From Nitrospinaceae bacterium (GTDB lineage Bacteria > Nitrospinota > Nitrospinia > Nitrospinales > Nitrospinaceae): DNA of 64,000 bases. Of this stretch, positions 9,759 through 19,027 are shown piece by piece; the first letter of the stretch is position 1, and each line of letters begins with the position of its first letter. The notes beneath the pieces are model-generated. The model did no database searches and had not been told where the DNA came from. It saw only the letters and a program-made list of their open reading frames with translations. Location: contig OZ245011.1 in the NCBI GenBank assembly GCA_965223665.1, forward strand, positions 4,032,001 through 4,096,000. Reading direction: 5' to 3'. The position numbers and the translations under genes are program-made.

Positions 9759-10961
9759 CTAGAAACCTAACTCCTTGGGAGGCTTGGTTCCTGTATATCG
9801 ACGACTCTTTTTAGTCGGTATTTCAATATACCAAGAGAGCATCAATCGATAATCTTCCTTCAACTGAGGTCCGCGTATGTTTTGATAAACCGGAAACGAT
9901 CCATTAAACTCAATGATGTGCAAAGGAAAGGGCTGAAATTGCAAGCCAGTTGTAAAGTTTACTTTAGTTCCGCCATAATTATCAGGGTCGTTCAGGGGCG
10001 AAATGAATGGTAAAGCTGGGTTCCCACCGGCATGACCATTACCATTAACTCTTTGAGAAATGGGTTCATTACTATAAGTATCTTCATAATAATAATTCAA
10101 CTGAAAATGAATGACCGATTTTTCGTGGAACTGATACATTGTGTATAGATCCGCACGAACCTCATCACCCTGTTGGTAGCCCTGGCTGTTATCATAGAAC
10201 CGGCCAATGTACCAAACATTTGCCCCATACCAGAGTGGATCAGCGGATCCTTGATATGCAGCACCAATAATAGGATCAACGGTTCCACTTCCTAACTGCA
10301 TTTTAAAAGGTAGAATGGTCCCATTTTGTCCCGGAACAGGGTTATTGGTAAATTCTTTGTTAATAGATCCCGTTGGAATTGACATTCCAAATAATAGAGA
10401 TAGCTGTTGAGTCGGTGCCAGATTGTCATTTTTCAATACGCGGTATTTTCCTATCAATCTGGTATCTCCAAGCCCGGCGGATGTCATGGTAAACCCGTTA
10501 CGTCCAGATGCGGCAACTAACCCTGGGAAAAAAGTCATCTGCATACGATTAGCTTTGAAACTGGTCATTACCATTACGGCAAAGTCGTCTGTAAAGGAAT
10601 AAGCGCCACCAAACATGGTCATGAACATATCCATAGATACGGGTATGGCAGGAAATGTCGCTCCGCCAGCACTGGGTGGACCCACTAACGCACCTTGATT
10701 GAGAGTACGCTGCCCCTCTTGAAGAGGTCCCATTTGCATATACATTTGGCTGATTTTAAAACGAAATTCATGAGTTTCCGGAATACCTCCACCAAAAACG
10801 TTTAAAGGCATATTTCCGCCACAGTGCGCACAGCATAATCCGATATAGGCCGTCGCTTTAGTAACTCCCAATACCAGTAAAAAAGCGATGGTGATTGACA
10901 GGCGAACCAAAGGGTTTACTTTGGATCTAAAAAAATCTTTTTTGAATTGGAACAAGTGCAT
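9759..10961 (-). CDS. Outer-membrane beta-barrel transporter-family protein, Cys/Met-rich (putative metal channel)
   Basis: Signal peptide; CCAHC motif; Met-rich stretches; GLGD, PTGS, MQLGSGT motifs; C-terminal Phe. Confidence 0.75.
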   Translation of the reverse strand: MHLFQFKKDFFRSKVNPLVRLSITIAFLLVLGVTKATAYIGLCCAHCGGNMPLNVFGGGIPETHEFRFKISQMYMQMGPLQEGQRTLNQGALVGPPSAGGATFPAIPVSMDMFMTMFGGAYSFTDDFAVMVMTSFKANRMQMTFFPGLVAASGRNGFTMTSAGLGDTRLIGKYRVLKNDNLAPTQQLSLLFGMSIPTGSINKEFTNNPVPGQNGTILPFKMQLGSGTVDPIIGAAYQGSADPLWYGANVWYIGRFYDNSQGYQQGDEVRADLYTMYQFHEKSVIHFQLNYYYEDTYSNEPISQRVNGNGHAGGNPALPFISPLNDPDNYGGTKVNFTTGLQFQPFPLHIIEFNGSFPVYQNIRGPQLKEDYRLMLSWYIEIPTKKSRRYTGTKPPKELGF

Positions 10962-11021
10962 TTCTCTCTACTCCCCTGGTAAGAACTAAAAACCTTAACT
11001 AATTAAAGAAAACTATAACGG

Positions 11022-11076
11022 TCTCCGAGCAGAATTTTCCCTTTTGGTTTAAAAAGCAGGAAAACTCGATCAGAGA
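11022..11076 (-). promoter_or_regulatory. Imperfect stem-loop in the leader-to-transporter intergenic region
   Basis: tctc-cgag..ttttcc-ctttt pairs with aaaaag..ggaaaa-ctcg..gaga. Confidence 0.55.
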
Positions 11077-11091
11077 AAAAATAAAATGGAG

Positions 11092-11502
11092 TTAAAGAGA
11101 TTGGGGGGGTGGGTCTAGTGAAAGATCCATATGATATTTGTATATCATGTTAACGTGAGGAATTTTTGGAGTGACCATTGTTTGGAGGAGATCCTCACGG
11201 GATTCGTGGATATAATTTGGGGTGATACTGGGTCCTTTGTTAACGTTCCCATTAGTGGAGTTGGGTCCGCAATCATTTAGCCATTGTTGGGCTTTGGACC
11301 GTTCCACATTTTTATGAGGGCAATACAAATGATTTTTCTTGTGGTGATTCAGTAAACAATGTAAAGATTTTTTCCCCTTATGAATTTCAAAGGGGGAGGA
11401 CTTTGAGGTGTGCCCTGTATGCGCCCACACTGATCCCGACCCTAAAAAAAAGATACTTAGGAAAAAGAAAAACCCTGAAATTCTCAAAACTGATTTAGCC
11501 AC
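11092..11502 (-). CDS. His/Cys-rich exported leader protein with C-terminal PPP (DUF2946/CruR/CutF-like)
   Basis: Signal peptide, HCLLNHH..HLYCPH, C-terminal LDPPPQSL; upstream of an OM transporter. Confidence 0.7.
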   Translation of the reverse strand: MAKSVLRISGFFFFLSIFFLGSGSVWAHTGHTSKSSPFEIHKGKKSLHCLLNHHKKNHLYCPHKNVERSKAQQWLNDCGPNSTNGNVNKGPSITPNYIHESREDLLQTMVTPKIPHVNMIYKYHMDLSLDPPPQSL

Positions 11503-11584
11503 CGAATTTAAACCTAAATATAGATGTTTTTCGCTATATTACTTAATTTAAAGGTGGTCTGTCAAGGTTGCCAAATTAAACTGC

Positions 11585-12154
11585 TTAATTTTTGGGACTA
11601 TAGAGCTGGGCGAGCCAATAGGCCATAGATCGGGTAAACCGATGAAATAGGTTTTCGTTACCTTTAACGGGTTGAACGTGAATGAATCTCATCCCTGCCT
11701 TTATTGCTCCTCCATCCGTGAGGTAATTGTCGCCAATCATGCAGACTTCACTGGGATCTTCCAGGTTTAAATAATCTTCCATAGCTTTTTTAAATCCAAG
11801 GGGATCGGGTTTGGGGGGAACATTTGTCACTATGGGCACTTCCGGAATTTGCTGAAATCTTTCTTCGGATGCGTTAGTAAAAATCGCGACTTTGAATCCC
11901 TGGTCAATCATATCTTGAATTTGTTGAATTACGGGTTCTGCAAAACTTTCAGCGTGGTGAGGTCCCAGTGTTCCGTCCGCGTCCAGTAATATACCTTTAA
12001 TTCCTAAATTTTTTAATTCCTCAAGAGAAATATCCGTAAACTGTTTTACAAATTTTATTGTTTTCAAATATGCAGGAAAAAAGGGAAGGGTGAGAAACCG
12101 TTTGATTTTTTCCCATGTGACGCCCTCTCGATTTTTTGGGTATGAAGTAGCCAT
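11585..12154 (-). CDS. HAD-IIIA phosphatase, YqeG-like
   Basis: LLDADGTL, FTN, PKP, IGDNYLTDG; start uncertain (12154 or 12199). Confidence 0.88.
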   Translation of the reverse strand: MATSYPKNREGVTWEKIKRFLTLPFFPAYLKTIKFVKQFTDISLEELKNLGIKGILLDADGTLGPHHAESFAEPVIQQIQDMIDQGFKVAIFTNASEERFQQIPEVPIVTNVPPKPDPLGFKKAMEDYLNLEDPSEVCMIGDNYLTDGGAIKAGMRFIHVQPVKGNENLFHRFTRSMAYWLAQLYSPKN

Positions 12155-12223
12155 GATTTTATAAAGTTTTAAATCCTCTTGAACTAAATTATAAATCAAA
12201 TTTGAAAAAGGGTATTTCTAAGT

Positions 12224-13099
12224 CTAAGAGTATTTTATTCCTGTTAACTGTTCGCTTACTTCCCACAATTGACTTTGAAGCTTTTGGTTATATGAAGCAG
12301 ATGAAGAAGGGATTGCTTTTTTTCGAACAAAATATTTACCTGAAACTTTCTCAACTTCTGATGAGGTTGATAAATAGATTAGTGTTTCCGCTCCCTTTTG
12401 TGGACTAATGTAAATTAAGGGTTTGGCAATTGCCTTAAAAAATAAATACCATTTAGCTCCCTTATTTCCAAAGTTGGTGCTAACAATTCCGGGATGCAAA
12501 CAATTTACGGTCACTTCCGTTCCTATTAATTTCTCTGCTAAAGAATAAGTGAATAAAATATTAGCAAGTTTTGACTGTGAGTAAGCTCTAAGGGACCGAT
12601 AAGACTTTTCTCCCATAAGATTATCAAACTCAATCGTTCCCCCGCGGTGTACCATAGAGGAGACATTTATGATTCGGGCCGGTGCACTGGCTTTAATTCT
12701 TTCCAATAACAAAAGGGTCAAAAGGAAATGTCCCAAATGGTTAACTGCAAAAGTGGTTTCATGTCCTTCATCAGTTTGGTGACGTTTGCCTAATAAAAGA
12801 CCCGCGTTATTTATCAATAAATGTAATTGGGTGTATTGATTTAAAACGGTGTTTGCAAGTTGACGTACTTGCTTCATGGACCCTAAATCCGCCAGAAGTA
12901 AATCCACCTGAGGGTTTCCTGTAAGTTTTTTTATCTCTTTTTGAGCTTCCTCACCTTTTTGTTGGTTTCTGCAAACAAGGATAACTTGCGCACCTTCTTG
13001 AGCCAAAGCTAAAGCCGTTTCTTTACCTATCCCGGAATTTCCACCAGTTATTAAGCAGGTTTTGCCTTGAATCCAATTTTGTGCGTTTTCAGAGGTCAT
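12224..13099 (-). CDS. Short-chain dehydrogenase/reductase (retinol dehydrogenase-like)
   Basis: TGGNSGIG, INNAG, VNHLGHF, YSQSK. Confidence 0.95.
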   Translation of the reverse strand: MTSENAQNWIQGKTCLITGGNSGIGKETALALAQEGAQVILVCRNQQKGEEAQKEIKKLTGNPQVDLLLADLGSMKQVRQLANTVLNQYTQLHLLINNAGLLLGKRHQTDEGHETTFAVNHLGHFLLTLLLLERIKASAPARIINVSSMVHRGGTIEFDNLMGEKSYRSLRAYSQSKLANILFTYSLAEKLIGTEVTVNCLHPGIVSTNFGNKGAKWYLFFKAIAKPLIYISPQKGAETLIYLSTSSEVEKVSGKYFVRKKAIPSSSASYNQKLQSQLWEVSEQLTGIKYS

Positions 13100-13168
13100 G
13101 AAAGTTAGTGAAATTTGCGCAATTAAAATTCGGAAACAAGCTCCACCTTTTTGAGGTGAATACTTTGA

Positions 13169-13196
13169 TTGACAGAATGAAACCCCCTGTTACATT
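13169..13196 (+). promoter_or_regulatory. Putative sigma70 promoter
   Basis: TTGACA-N16-TACATT with an extended -10 TG, upstream of the DUF4124 gene. Confidence 0.5.
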
Positions 13197-13277
13197 AATA
13201 TATAGACCTTAAAATTTTATTTAACAATGTGTTGGAAAAATTTTCTAACGAATTTATTCGTATTTGGAGAACTCATA

Positions 13278-14021
13278 GTGCCGTCAAATTTTAAACCAAA
13301 TTGGAAATATTTAGTAGTGGGATTCAGTACCTTGTGTTTTTTAAATCAGCCTTCTGCCTGGGCGGGGGTTTATAAATGGACTGATGAAAAGGGTCGAACT
13401 CATTATACAGACGATAGGTCCCAGATACCTGCTAAGTATCGAGATAAAAATACAATGAAGGGATTAAAAGGATTGGTGGAATCCAAGCCTGTAGCCCCAA
13501 AAACGTCTTCTCCTGCAAAACCTGCGGCAAAGGCGGAAGAGAATACTGAGGCATTGGCACCCGAAGCAAAAGAAAGTTCTTCAGATCAGGCAGTTGGAAC
13601 TACAAATAGCTCTTCTCAAATTTCTCCCGAAGAAATTGCAATGTTAAAAGAAACGAAAAAATATTTGGAAGATGAAAACCGTGAATTTCAACGGATCATT
13701 AAATATGTTGAACCTACGGAAGCAAATGGTAAGTATTATGTCATGGAAATGAATAATCGGGTTAAAAAGAAGCAGGAAATGGTAAAAAAAATGGATGGAA
13801 TGAAATTGTCTTCTCTTCAACAGGCAAAATCCTATTTTAAGCGAACCATTATTATGGATAAGGGTGAAACCATTGGCGGAGAAGATTATTTAGACAGAAT
13901 CGTTAATATAAGGGATAAAATGGAACGGGGTTTAAGAGAAAAAAAGAACTTAATCAAAGAACTGGATAAAGATTTAAAAGCAGTTGATGCAAGTAATGTC
14001 CAAGCTGCTGCTGGTAAGTAA
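13278..14021 (+). CDS. DUF4124 domain exported protein with a helical C-terminus
   Basis: Signal peptide, then VYKWTDEKGRTHYTD..IP..Y; GGAGA before GTG at 13278. Confidence 0.85.
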   Translation: MPSNFKPNWKYLVVGFSTLCFLNQPSAWAGVYKWTDEKGRTHYTDDRSQIPAKYRDKNTMKGLKGLVESKPVAPKTSSPAKPAAKAEENTEALAPEAKESSSDQAVGTTNSSSQISPEEIAMLKETKKYLEDENREFQRIIKYVEPTEANGKYYVMEMNNRVKKKQEMVKKMDGMKLSSLQQAKSYFKRTIIMDKGETIGGEDYLDRIVNIRDKMERGLREKKNLIKELDKDLKAVDASNVQAAAGK

Positions 14022-14069
14022 AACTTTTCAGTTTTCCTGAATCAATAATTCCAGGAGTTTTCCAAATAA

Positions 14070-14099
14070 AAAAAGGCAGCCGGATCCGGCTGCCTTTTT
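14070..14099. terminator. Bidirectional intrinsic terminator
   Basis: Perfect 30-bp palindrome AAAAAGGCAGCCGGATCCGGCTGCCTTTTT between convergent genes. Confidence 0.9.
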
Positions 14100-14199
14100 A
14101 ATTTGTTCAATTAATAAATGGGTTTGGTTCATTACTTATCCGGCCCAAGGGTACCACTTGAGGCAGTACCCCTTCTAGGGACCGGCGTTTGTTCGCAAT

Positions 14200-15519
14200 C
14201 TAGTTCATCTCTTTCCAGGAGGCGACCGTAAAGGGGTATTTCTTTTTGGTTGCTAGATTGCCATACTGGACACCTTCACAACTAAAACCAATCGTAGCGC
14301 TCCCAGTGAAGTTAACGGCGGCATCAATGCTGTTACCTACAACCATGGCTCCATAAACGGTTGCGGATCCGGTTCCAACCAATGCACCGTCACAGGTGGC
14401 GCAGGATCCTATTAAAACGATACCATCCCAATTAAAAGTTCCGGAAATATCTAAATCTCCATCTACTACCAATACTCCTGATCCATTTACATCACCACGA
14501 ATGTCAAGGTCACCCTTTACATAAACGATATCAGGATCACTGTGAGTGCCCCATTGGACGTTATCGCTGTTATTAATCAATTCATTACCGTTGTTCACAT
14601 AGTCAGGAGTACCTGAGGCTGTGAGCAAAGTATGAAGCTTTTCTGCGTCTTTCGCTGTAAAGCTGGTTTGATCTAACATAATGTCCGGGGTTGTTCCACC
14701 GGTTCCTTTAATATGAGTTTCTGCACCTCCTTGAAAATCTACACAGGTTGCAGAATCACAAGTTCCATCATCGTCAATGGGCCCTGTTGATTCAGTAGCA
14801 ACCGCTCGAGCGGCATCACAACTGGTATCTGCAGTCCCATCTACTGCAAAGCCATTAGTGATTGGATTACTGCCATCATCGAAACCGCCTAAAACGTCAA
14901 ACCCTGAACCTTGTGAGGTAATATTGGATAAAGGTCCCACAAGAGTAACGGCCGCAGGAAATTTACTTGGAGGCAAAGTATAGTTTTGCACCATGGCACG
15001 AATCGTTTTGATAGTACCATCTTGGGAAATTCCTGTGGACTCAATATAATAAGTATCATCCGTATCTACCCAGGGATCATCGGTTCCGGTTCCTTCGTCC
15101 TTATTATCAAAAGCACGGATATTATAAGTCCCTCCGTTGAAAGATACTCGAGAATAATTGTATCCATTATAATTGTAAGTGCTACTTCCTGTGATTGAAC
15201 TGAACAGACCATTATCTGAAGTATTGGTTGCGTTTCCATCAGCTCCTTGGAGAATATCATTAGCTTGTAATGTTCTTGCAACTTCTTTAGCTTGCTCCAG
15301 TCCGGCATCTGCGACATAAAATGCTTCACGGGATTTGGTAAAACTTGCAGTTTTACTTATATCCGAAGAGGTAGACTGCATAGCAACGGGTACAATTATC
15401 ATCATGATTACGGTGAAAAGTAATACAACAACCATGGCGGACCCGGATTCATCGTGCAACCAATTTTGTTTTTCCGAATGGAATGTAATTTTTGATTGAG
15501 TTTGATCTAAAGATTTCAT
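14200..15519 (-). CDS. Type IV minor pilin, PilX-like, with an extended C-terminal domain
   Basis: G|SAMVVVLL prepilin-like site lacking E5; AFYVADAGLE; IESTG; ends VASWKE. Confidence 0.85.
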   Translation of the reverse strand: MKSLDQTQSKITFHSEKQNWLHDESGSAMVVVLLFTVIMMIIVPVAMQSTSSDISKTASFTKSREAFYVADAGLEQAKEVARTLQANDILQGADGNATNTSDNGLFSSITGSSTYNYNGYNYSRVSFNGGTYNIRAFDNKDEGTGTDDPWVDTDDTYYIESTGISQDGTIKTIRAMVQNYTLPPSKFPAAVTLVGPLSNITSQGSGFDVLGGFDDGSNPITNGFAVDGTADTSCDAARAVATESTGPIDDDGTCDSATCVDFQGGAETHIKGTGGTTPDIMLDQTSFTAKDAEKLHTLLTASGTPDYVNNGNELINNSDNVQWGTHSDPDIVYVKGDLDIRGDVNGSGVLVVDGDLDISGTFNWDGIVLIGSCATCDGALVGTGSATVYGAMVVGNSIDAAVNFTGSATIGFSCEGVQYGNLATKKKYPFTVASWKEMN

Positions 15520-15522
15520 AAT

Positions 15523-16341
15523 TTAAGTTCCCATATTTCTTAATTGAACATTGGTGTCTAAAGTAACGTGAGCATGGGCCACTTGAGGATCGTCCAAATC
15601 CATAGTCATGACTACTCGGCGTAAGTTTCCACGATCCGTGGCGCTTAAGGTGGCAGGTGTCCCGGTAGGAATGAGTTGATTTCCATTTACATCATAATAA
15701 GTGAATTGAAAATTCGAAACATTTCCGATTACAGTGGTCCCATTTTTTGTAATAAGATCATTAGCTGCATCATAATTATAAGTTACGGTGCTATAAGAAT
15801 GAACTACCACTCCGTGTTCAGGGTCGTAATCATTATTTATACATGGAGAGGCCAGGCTAATGGTATTTCCAGATGGAGTCCCATCAATAACACATGTTTC
15901 CCAATTGGTTAGATCCAGCATTTCTGAAATAGTGACAGTCTGGCCATCACTGAACCCGGTGACATCCTCAACAGTTATGGATGTATCTATACCACCTGAG
16001 GCGTTGGATGCCAGCATAGTGTGAACATCACTTAAATTCGCCTGAAAGGAAATGGAAGTTGGAGTCGCATTGGTGACACCTACTGCAGCTCTACCTGATT
16101 CAGAGCTACCGGGAGGGAATCCGTAACCTGCTTCCATGAGGCCGTCTGTCAGGTCGTCCAAAGCAACCCTTGCCAGGCTTCGTAAATGTGTGTTGGCAGT
16201 TTCCTTGCGCATGGTTTTTTCCTGGGTGTTGAAGGTATAAATTCCTGCGCCAAAGATAATGGTGGAAATTGCCATTACAATAATAAGTTCAGTTAATGTA
16301 AATCCTTTTTCGTTTGTTATTAGCTTAGTTTGCATATTCAA
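15523..16341 (-). CDS. Type IV minor pilin, PilW-like
   Basis: KGFTLTELIIV prepilin N-methylation motif; AGYG; ends V.LRN. Confidence 0.88.
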   Translation of the reverse strand: MNMQTKLITNEKGFTLTELIIVMAISTIIFGAGIYTFNTQEKTMRKETANTHLRSLARVALDDLTDGLMEAGYGFPPGSSESGRAAVGVTNATPTSISFQANLSDVHTMLASNASGGIDTSITVEDVTGFSDGQTVTISEMLDLTNWETCVIDGTPSGNTISLASPCINNDYDPEHGVVVHSYSTVTYNYDAANDLITKNGTTVIGNVSNFQFTYYDVNGNQLIPTGTPATLSATDRGNLRRVVMTMDLDDPQVAHAHVTLDTNVQLRNMGT

Positions 16342-16734
16342 TTAGTCCATTAATGTCGTTAAACTTACGCTGTTATTTCCTCCTGTATCTGGCCAGGAGA
16401 CAGTGACAGTAACTACATCGGGGTTGGGGGCAATATTGATTACTGTAGTTCTAGTATAAATATCAAAATCTCCCGTTAAGTTTTCAACAGTAGTGCCATT
16501 GGTTAAGTCATTTGTTGAAGGTAAAGATTGCGCCCTTAAATCTTCGATTTTTTGCTGGGCTAATGCTGTTGCAGTGGTTCGTTTTTGATTTTTTCCATTT
16601 TTATTTACAATATTCCCAGTGAATGAGGCCATACTGATTAAACCAAAAACCAAAATTGAAGCGGCTATTAACAATTCGGGCATTGTGAACCCTGAAGTAT
16701 CTTTTAATATTTTCTTTCTAAAAAGCATATCCAA
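16342..16734 (-). CDS. Type IV minor pilin, PilV-like
   Basis: SGFTMPELLIA motif; A..LAQQKIEDLR; VTVTVSW. Confidence 0.88.
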   Translation of the reverse strand: MDMLFRKKILKDTSGFTMPELLIAASILVFGLISMASFTGNIVNKNGKNQKRTTATALAQQKIEDLRAQSLPSTNDLTNGTTVENLTGDFDIYTRTTVINIAPNPDVVTVTVSWPDTGGNNSVSLTTLMD

Positions 16735-16834
16735 CCTACTAGTTAAAAATTTTTATTTGGTGTTTCACTATTAGTTTAAAAGTATTCAACCAAACCCCTA
16801 TATTTTTTTTAGCATTGAATGCCTAAGCAAGATA

Positions 16835-16851
16835 AGCAAGTTGCAGGCCAA
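16835..16851 (-). promoter_or_regulatory. Sigma54 (-24/-12) promoter of the pilVWX-like operon
   Basis: Minus strand TTGGCCTGCAACTTGCT with canonical GG-N10-GC spacing, about 100 nt upstream of the start. Confidence 0.8.
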
Positions 16852-16969
16852 AAATTTGATTTACCGGGTGAATGAAAATCAATCAAAACCGTAATACCAA
16901 GTGTTTTGAAATATTTTCACAGGAAGGTAATTTTATAAAACTTATTTGGATAATTTGATACCCACTTAG

Positions 16970-17022
16970 AGTGACTTACATTTGTCACTTATTTGAGGTA
17001 AAAAGTGACAATATTTGTAATT
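16970..17022. promoter_or_regulatory. Putative tandem enhancer (bEBP) binding sites
   Basis: Palindrome AGTGAC-N8-GTCACT (16970-16989) and a degenerate second copy AGTGACAATATTTGTAAT, 120-170 nt upstream of the sigma54 site. Confidence 0.55.
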
Positions 17023-17068
17023 TTTTTTAAGAACCTTACGGGAGGACTAATTTAAGATACTTAATCAT

Positions 17069-17593
17069 TTATTTCAGGTCAGGGTTGATGGGAACAACCT
17101 GAGAGTTTACGAATTTCTCATCTTTTAATTTTTCAAGAGCTTGATATATAGGGTCTAAACCTTTCGATACGGTACCTTCTATGTGGATATAATAATTTTT
17201 TGAATTATTCTCATTTCCTAAATTGGAATCGAGCTGAATAATATTTAAACCCGCCTCAGCCAATGCAGTGGTTACATCTTCAACTATTCCTAACCGGTCA
17301 TTGGCATAAACGCTAATTCGAACATCGGGTTGAATATGGTGTTCCATGCTGCCGGAAACGGAATCCAAATGGAAATGCAAATCTAAGCTTTTGGCAATAT
17401 TTTTAGCAATAGATTGGATTTTTTCTTGATCCTCCTCTAAATAAACCATAACCATGATACAAAAATTTTCTCCTAATCTTGCCATGGTGGAATCTCCCAA
17501 GTTGCAACCTGCTTTACATAGAGAAGCGCTGACCTGAGCTACAATTCCAGGTCGATCTTTTCCAACCAAAGAAAGAAGATACCAATTTTCCAT
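17069..17593 (-). CDS. Tandem ACT-domain protein (GcvR-like)
   Basis: GKDRPGIVAQV and ANDRLGIVEDV ACT repeats. Confidence 0.88.
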   Translation of the reverse strand: MENWYLLSLVGKDRPGIVAQVSASLCKAGCNLGDSTMARLGENFCIMVMVYLEEDQEKIQSIAKNIAKSLDLHFHLDSVSGSMEHHIQPDVRISVYANDRLGIVEDVTTALAEAGLNIIQLDSNLGNENNSKNYYIHIEGTVSKGLDPIYQALEKLKDEKFVNSQVVPINPDLK

Positions 17594-17713
17594 AAGTGTT
17601 CCTTTTTTAGAAGAGATGTAAGAAATTAATTCCCATTCAATATAAGATTTTCAAAGAATGCTTTCAACATTAATAAATAGATAGAATGAAGAAAAATCAG
17701 GGAAGGACTTAGC

Positions 17714-18388
17714 TTATGAATTCCGGATGCTTTTATATTTTTGAGTTCTATAAACTAAAAAACGACGTATTAGAAAGGGACCAGAAAAAGTCAATATTAA
17801 AACGGGACCAAAGTGAAATATAAGAGCATGCCATGGGTCGTACATACAAGCGATTTGCATAATAACCGCTGGAACCATACCGGCGGAAAATCCATATAGA
17901 TAGTTTTCCCATCCACCTGTTTTTAATAATCCATGACGGGACAAGAAGACAAGTCCTGTTAACCAGCCTCCCCCATAAATCAGAATTTCTACATCACAAA
18001 AAGCTCTAGCTCCTTCCGGAGAGGATTCCGGAGAAATTAGAAAGAAACCAATCACCAGGGCAATTAAGAAAGTTGCTGAGGATACCTGGCTTGAGAATCT
18101 TAAAGGAGAAGAGATTGTTTCTCCTGGGATTAGCTTTTTAAAAGCAATATACAAAGCCAAAAAGCTTAGCAGAATTCCTGATAAGAGTTCTATTTTAAAA
18201 CGGGTGAATTCCAAAATCTGAGATTGAAAATGGGGTCGAAACTCTTGTAGTCCCCAAGTCAAAAGACCGACCGAAAATAACATAATGAGAAACCACACTA
18301 TCGTTCGAATCAATGGGGATGCATAGGGAGTCTGTGGTTTTAAATCAGATACCAATTGATCAATAAACTGATTTCGATGGTTCGCCAA
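17714..18388 (-). CDS. NrsF/DUF1109-family membrane anti-sigma factor
   Basis: IDQLVSDLKP N-terminus, 6 TM, two Cys (FCD, IACMYD..H..FH); downstream of an ECF sigma. Confidence 0.85.
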   Translation of the reverse strand: MANHRNQFIDQLVSDLKPQTPYASPLIRTIVWFLIMLFSVGLLTWGLQEFRPHFQSQILEFTRFKIELLSGILLSFLALYIAFKKLIPGETISSPLRFSSQVSSATFLIALVIGFFLISPESSPEGARAFCDVEILIYGGGWLTGLVFLSRHGLLKTGGWENYLYGFSAGMVPAVIMQIACMYDPWHALIFHFGPVLILTFSGPFLIRRFLVYRTQKYKSIRNS

Positions 18389-18390
18389 TT

Positions 18391-18960
18391 TTATTTCTCC
18401 ATACTTTCAAAAACCATTTTACGTAATTGTTCATAAGCCCGGGAAACTCTTTTTCTCATGGCAGATTCACTAATTCCTTCCTCCATTGAAGCCTCCGAGT
18501 AAGTTAATCCTTTATACTTTGTTAGATGGATTGCCCTTTGAAGAGGTATTGGCAGTTGATTGGTCATTGACTTCAAAGATTCCTTTTTTTCCTGATCTAT
18601 AGAATTATTCGCAGAGGACCCCAAGTTTGTGACAGGATGATCCGATTCAAAAATCTCCACCTCATTTCTTTTCTTTAATTGTCTAAAGTGATCAGCAATT
18701 TTATGTTGAACAATCCCATTTATCCAGGGAATAAGAGGTTTTTCTGGGTGATAGGTGGCAAGAGAATGGTGGATGCCTATTAAGCACTCTTGTGTAATAT
18801 CATCACAATCAACCCAAGCACCTAATTTGCTTTGAATCTTACTATGAATAAAGGGATACAGCTCCAAAAGCAATTCCCGATAGGCCTCTTTTTCTCCTTT
18901 TTGGGCCTTTAAAAGTAAGACCCTCCAATGATTTTGTATTCCACTTTTGGAATTACGCAT
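18391..18960 (-). CDS. ECF RNA polymerase sigma factor (SigF/ECF16-like)
   Basis: Region 2 (DDITQE, PWINGI) and region 4 (GLTYSE..GISESAMRKRVSRA). Confidence 0.93.
   Translation of the reverse strand: MRNSKSGIQNHWRVLLLKAQKGEKEAYRELLLELYPFIHSKIQSKLGAWVDCDDITQECLIGIHHSLATYHPEKPLIPWINGIVQHKIADHFRQLKKRNEVEIFESDHPVTNLGSSANNSIDQEKKESLKSMTNQLPIPLQRAIHLTKYKGLTYSEASMEEGISESAMRKRVSRAYEQLRKMVFESMEK
18606..18633 (-). promoter_or_regulatory. Putative ECF promoter inside the sigma gene, pointing to the anti-sigma gene
   Basis: GTCACA-N16-CGAATA on the minus strand, matching the motif at 19028. Confidence 0.6.
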
Positions 18961-19027
18961 GGTCTTATTTTAGTCCAAATTCAATAGAAGAAAAAAAAGA
19001 AAATTTCTAAATTTTATTGATTTTTCA

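Noticed and set aside
10820-10840. CCAHC in the OM barrel as a heme c site
   Set aside because: CxxC is followed by Gly, not His, so it is not CxxCH
14100-14202. Pyrrolysine read-through or DGR hairpin after the pilX-like TAG
   Set aside because: No pyl genes, reverse transcriptase or template repeat in the window; the protein already ends in a typical W-x-E terminus
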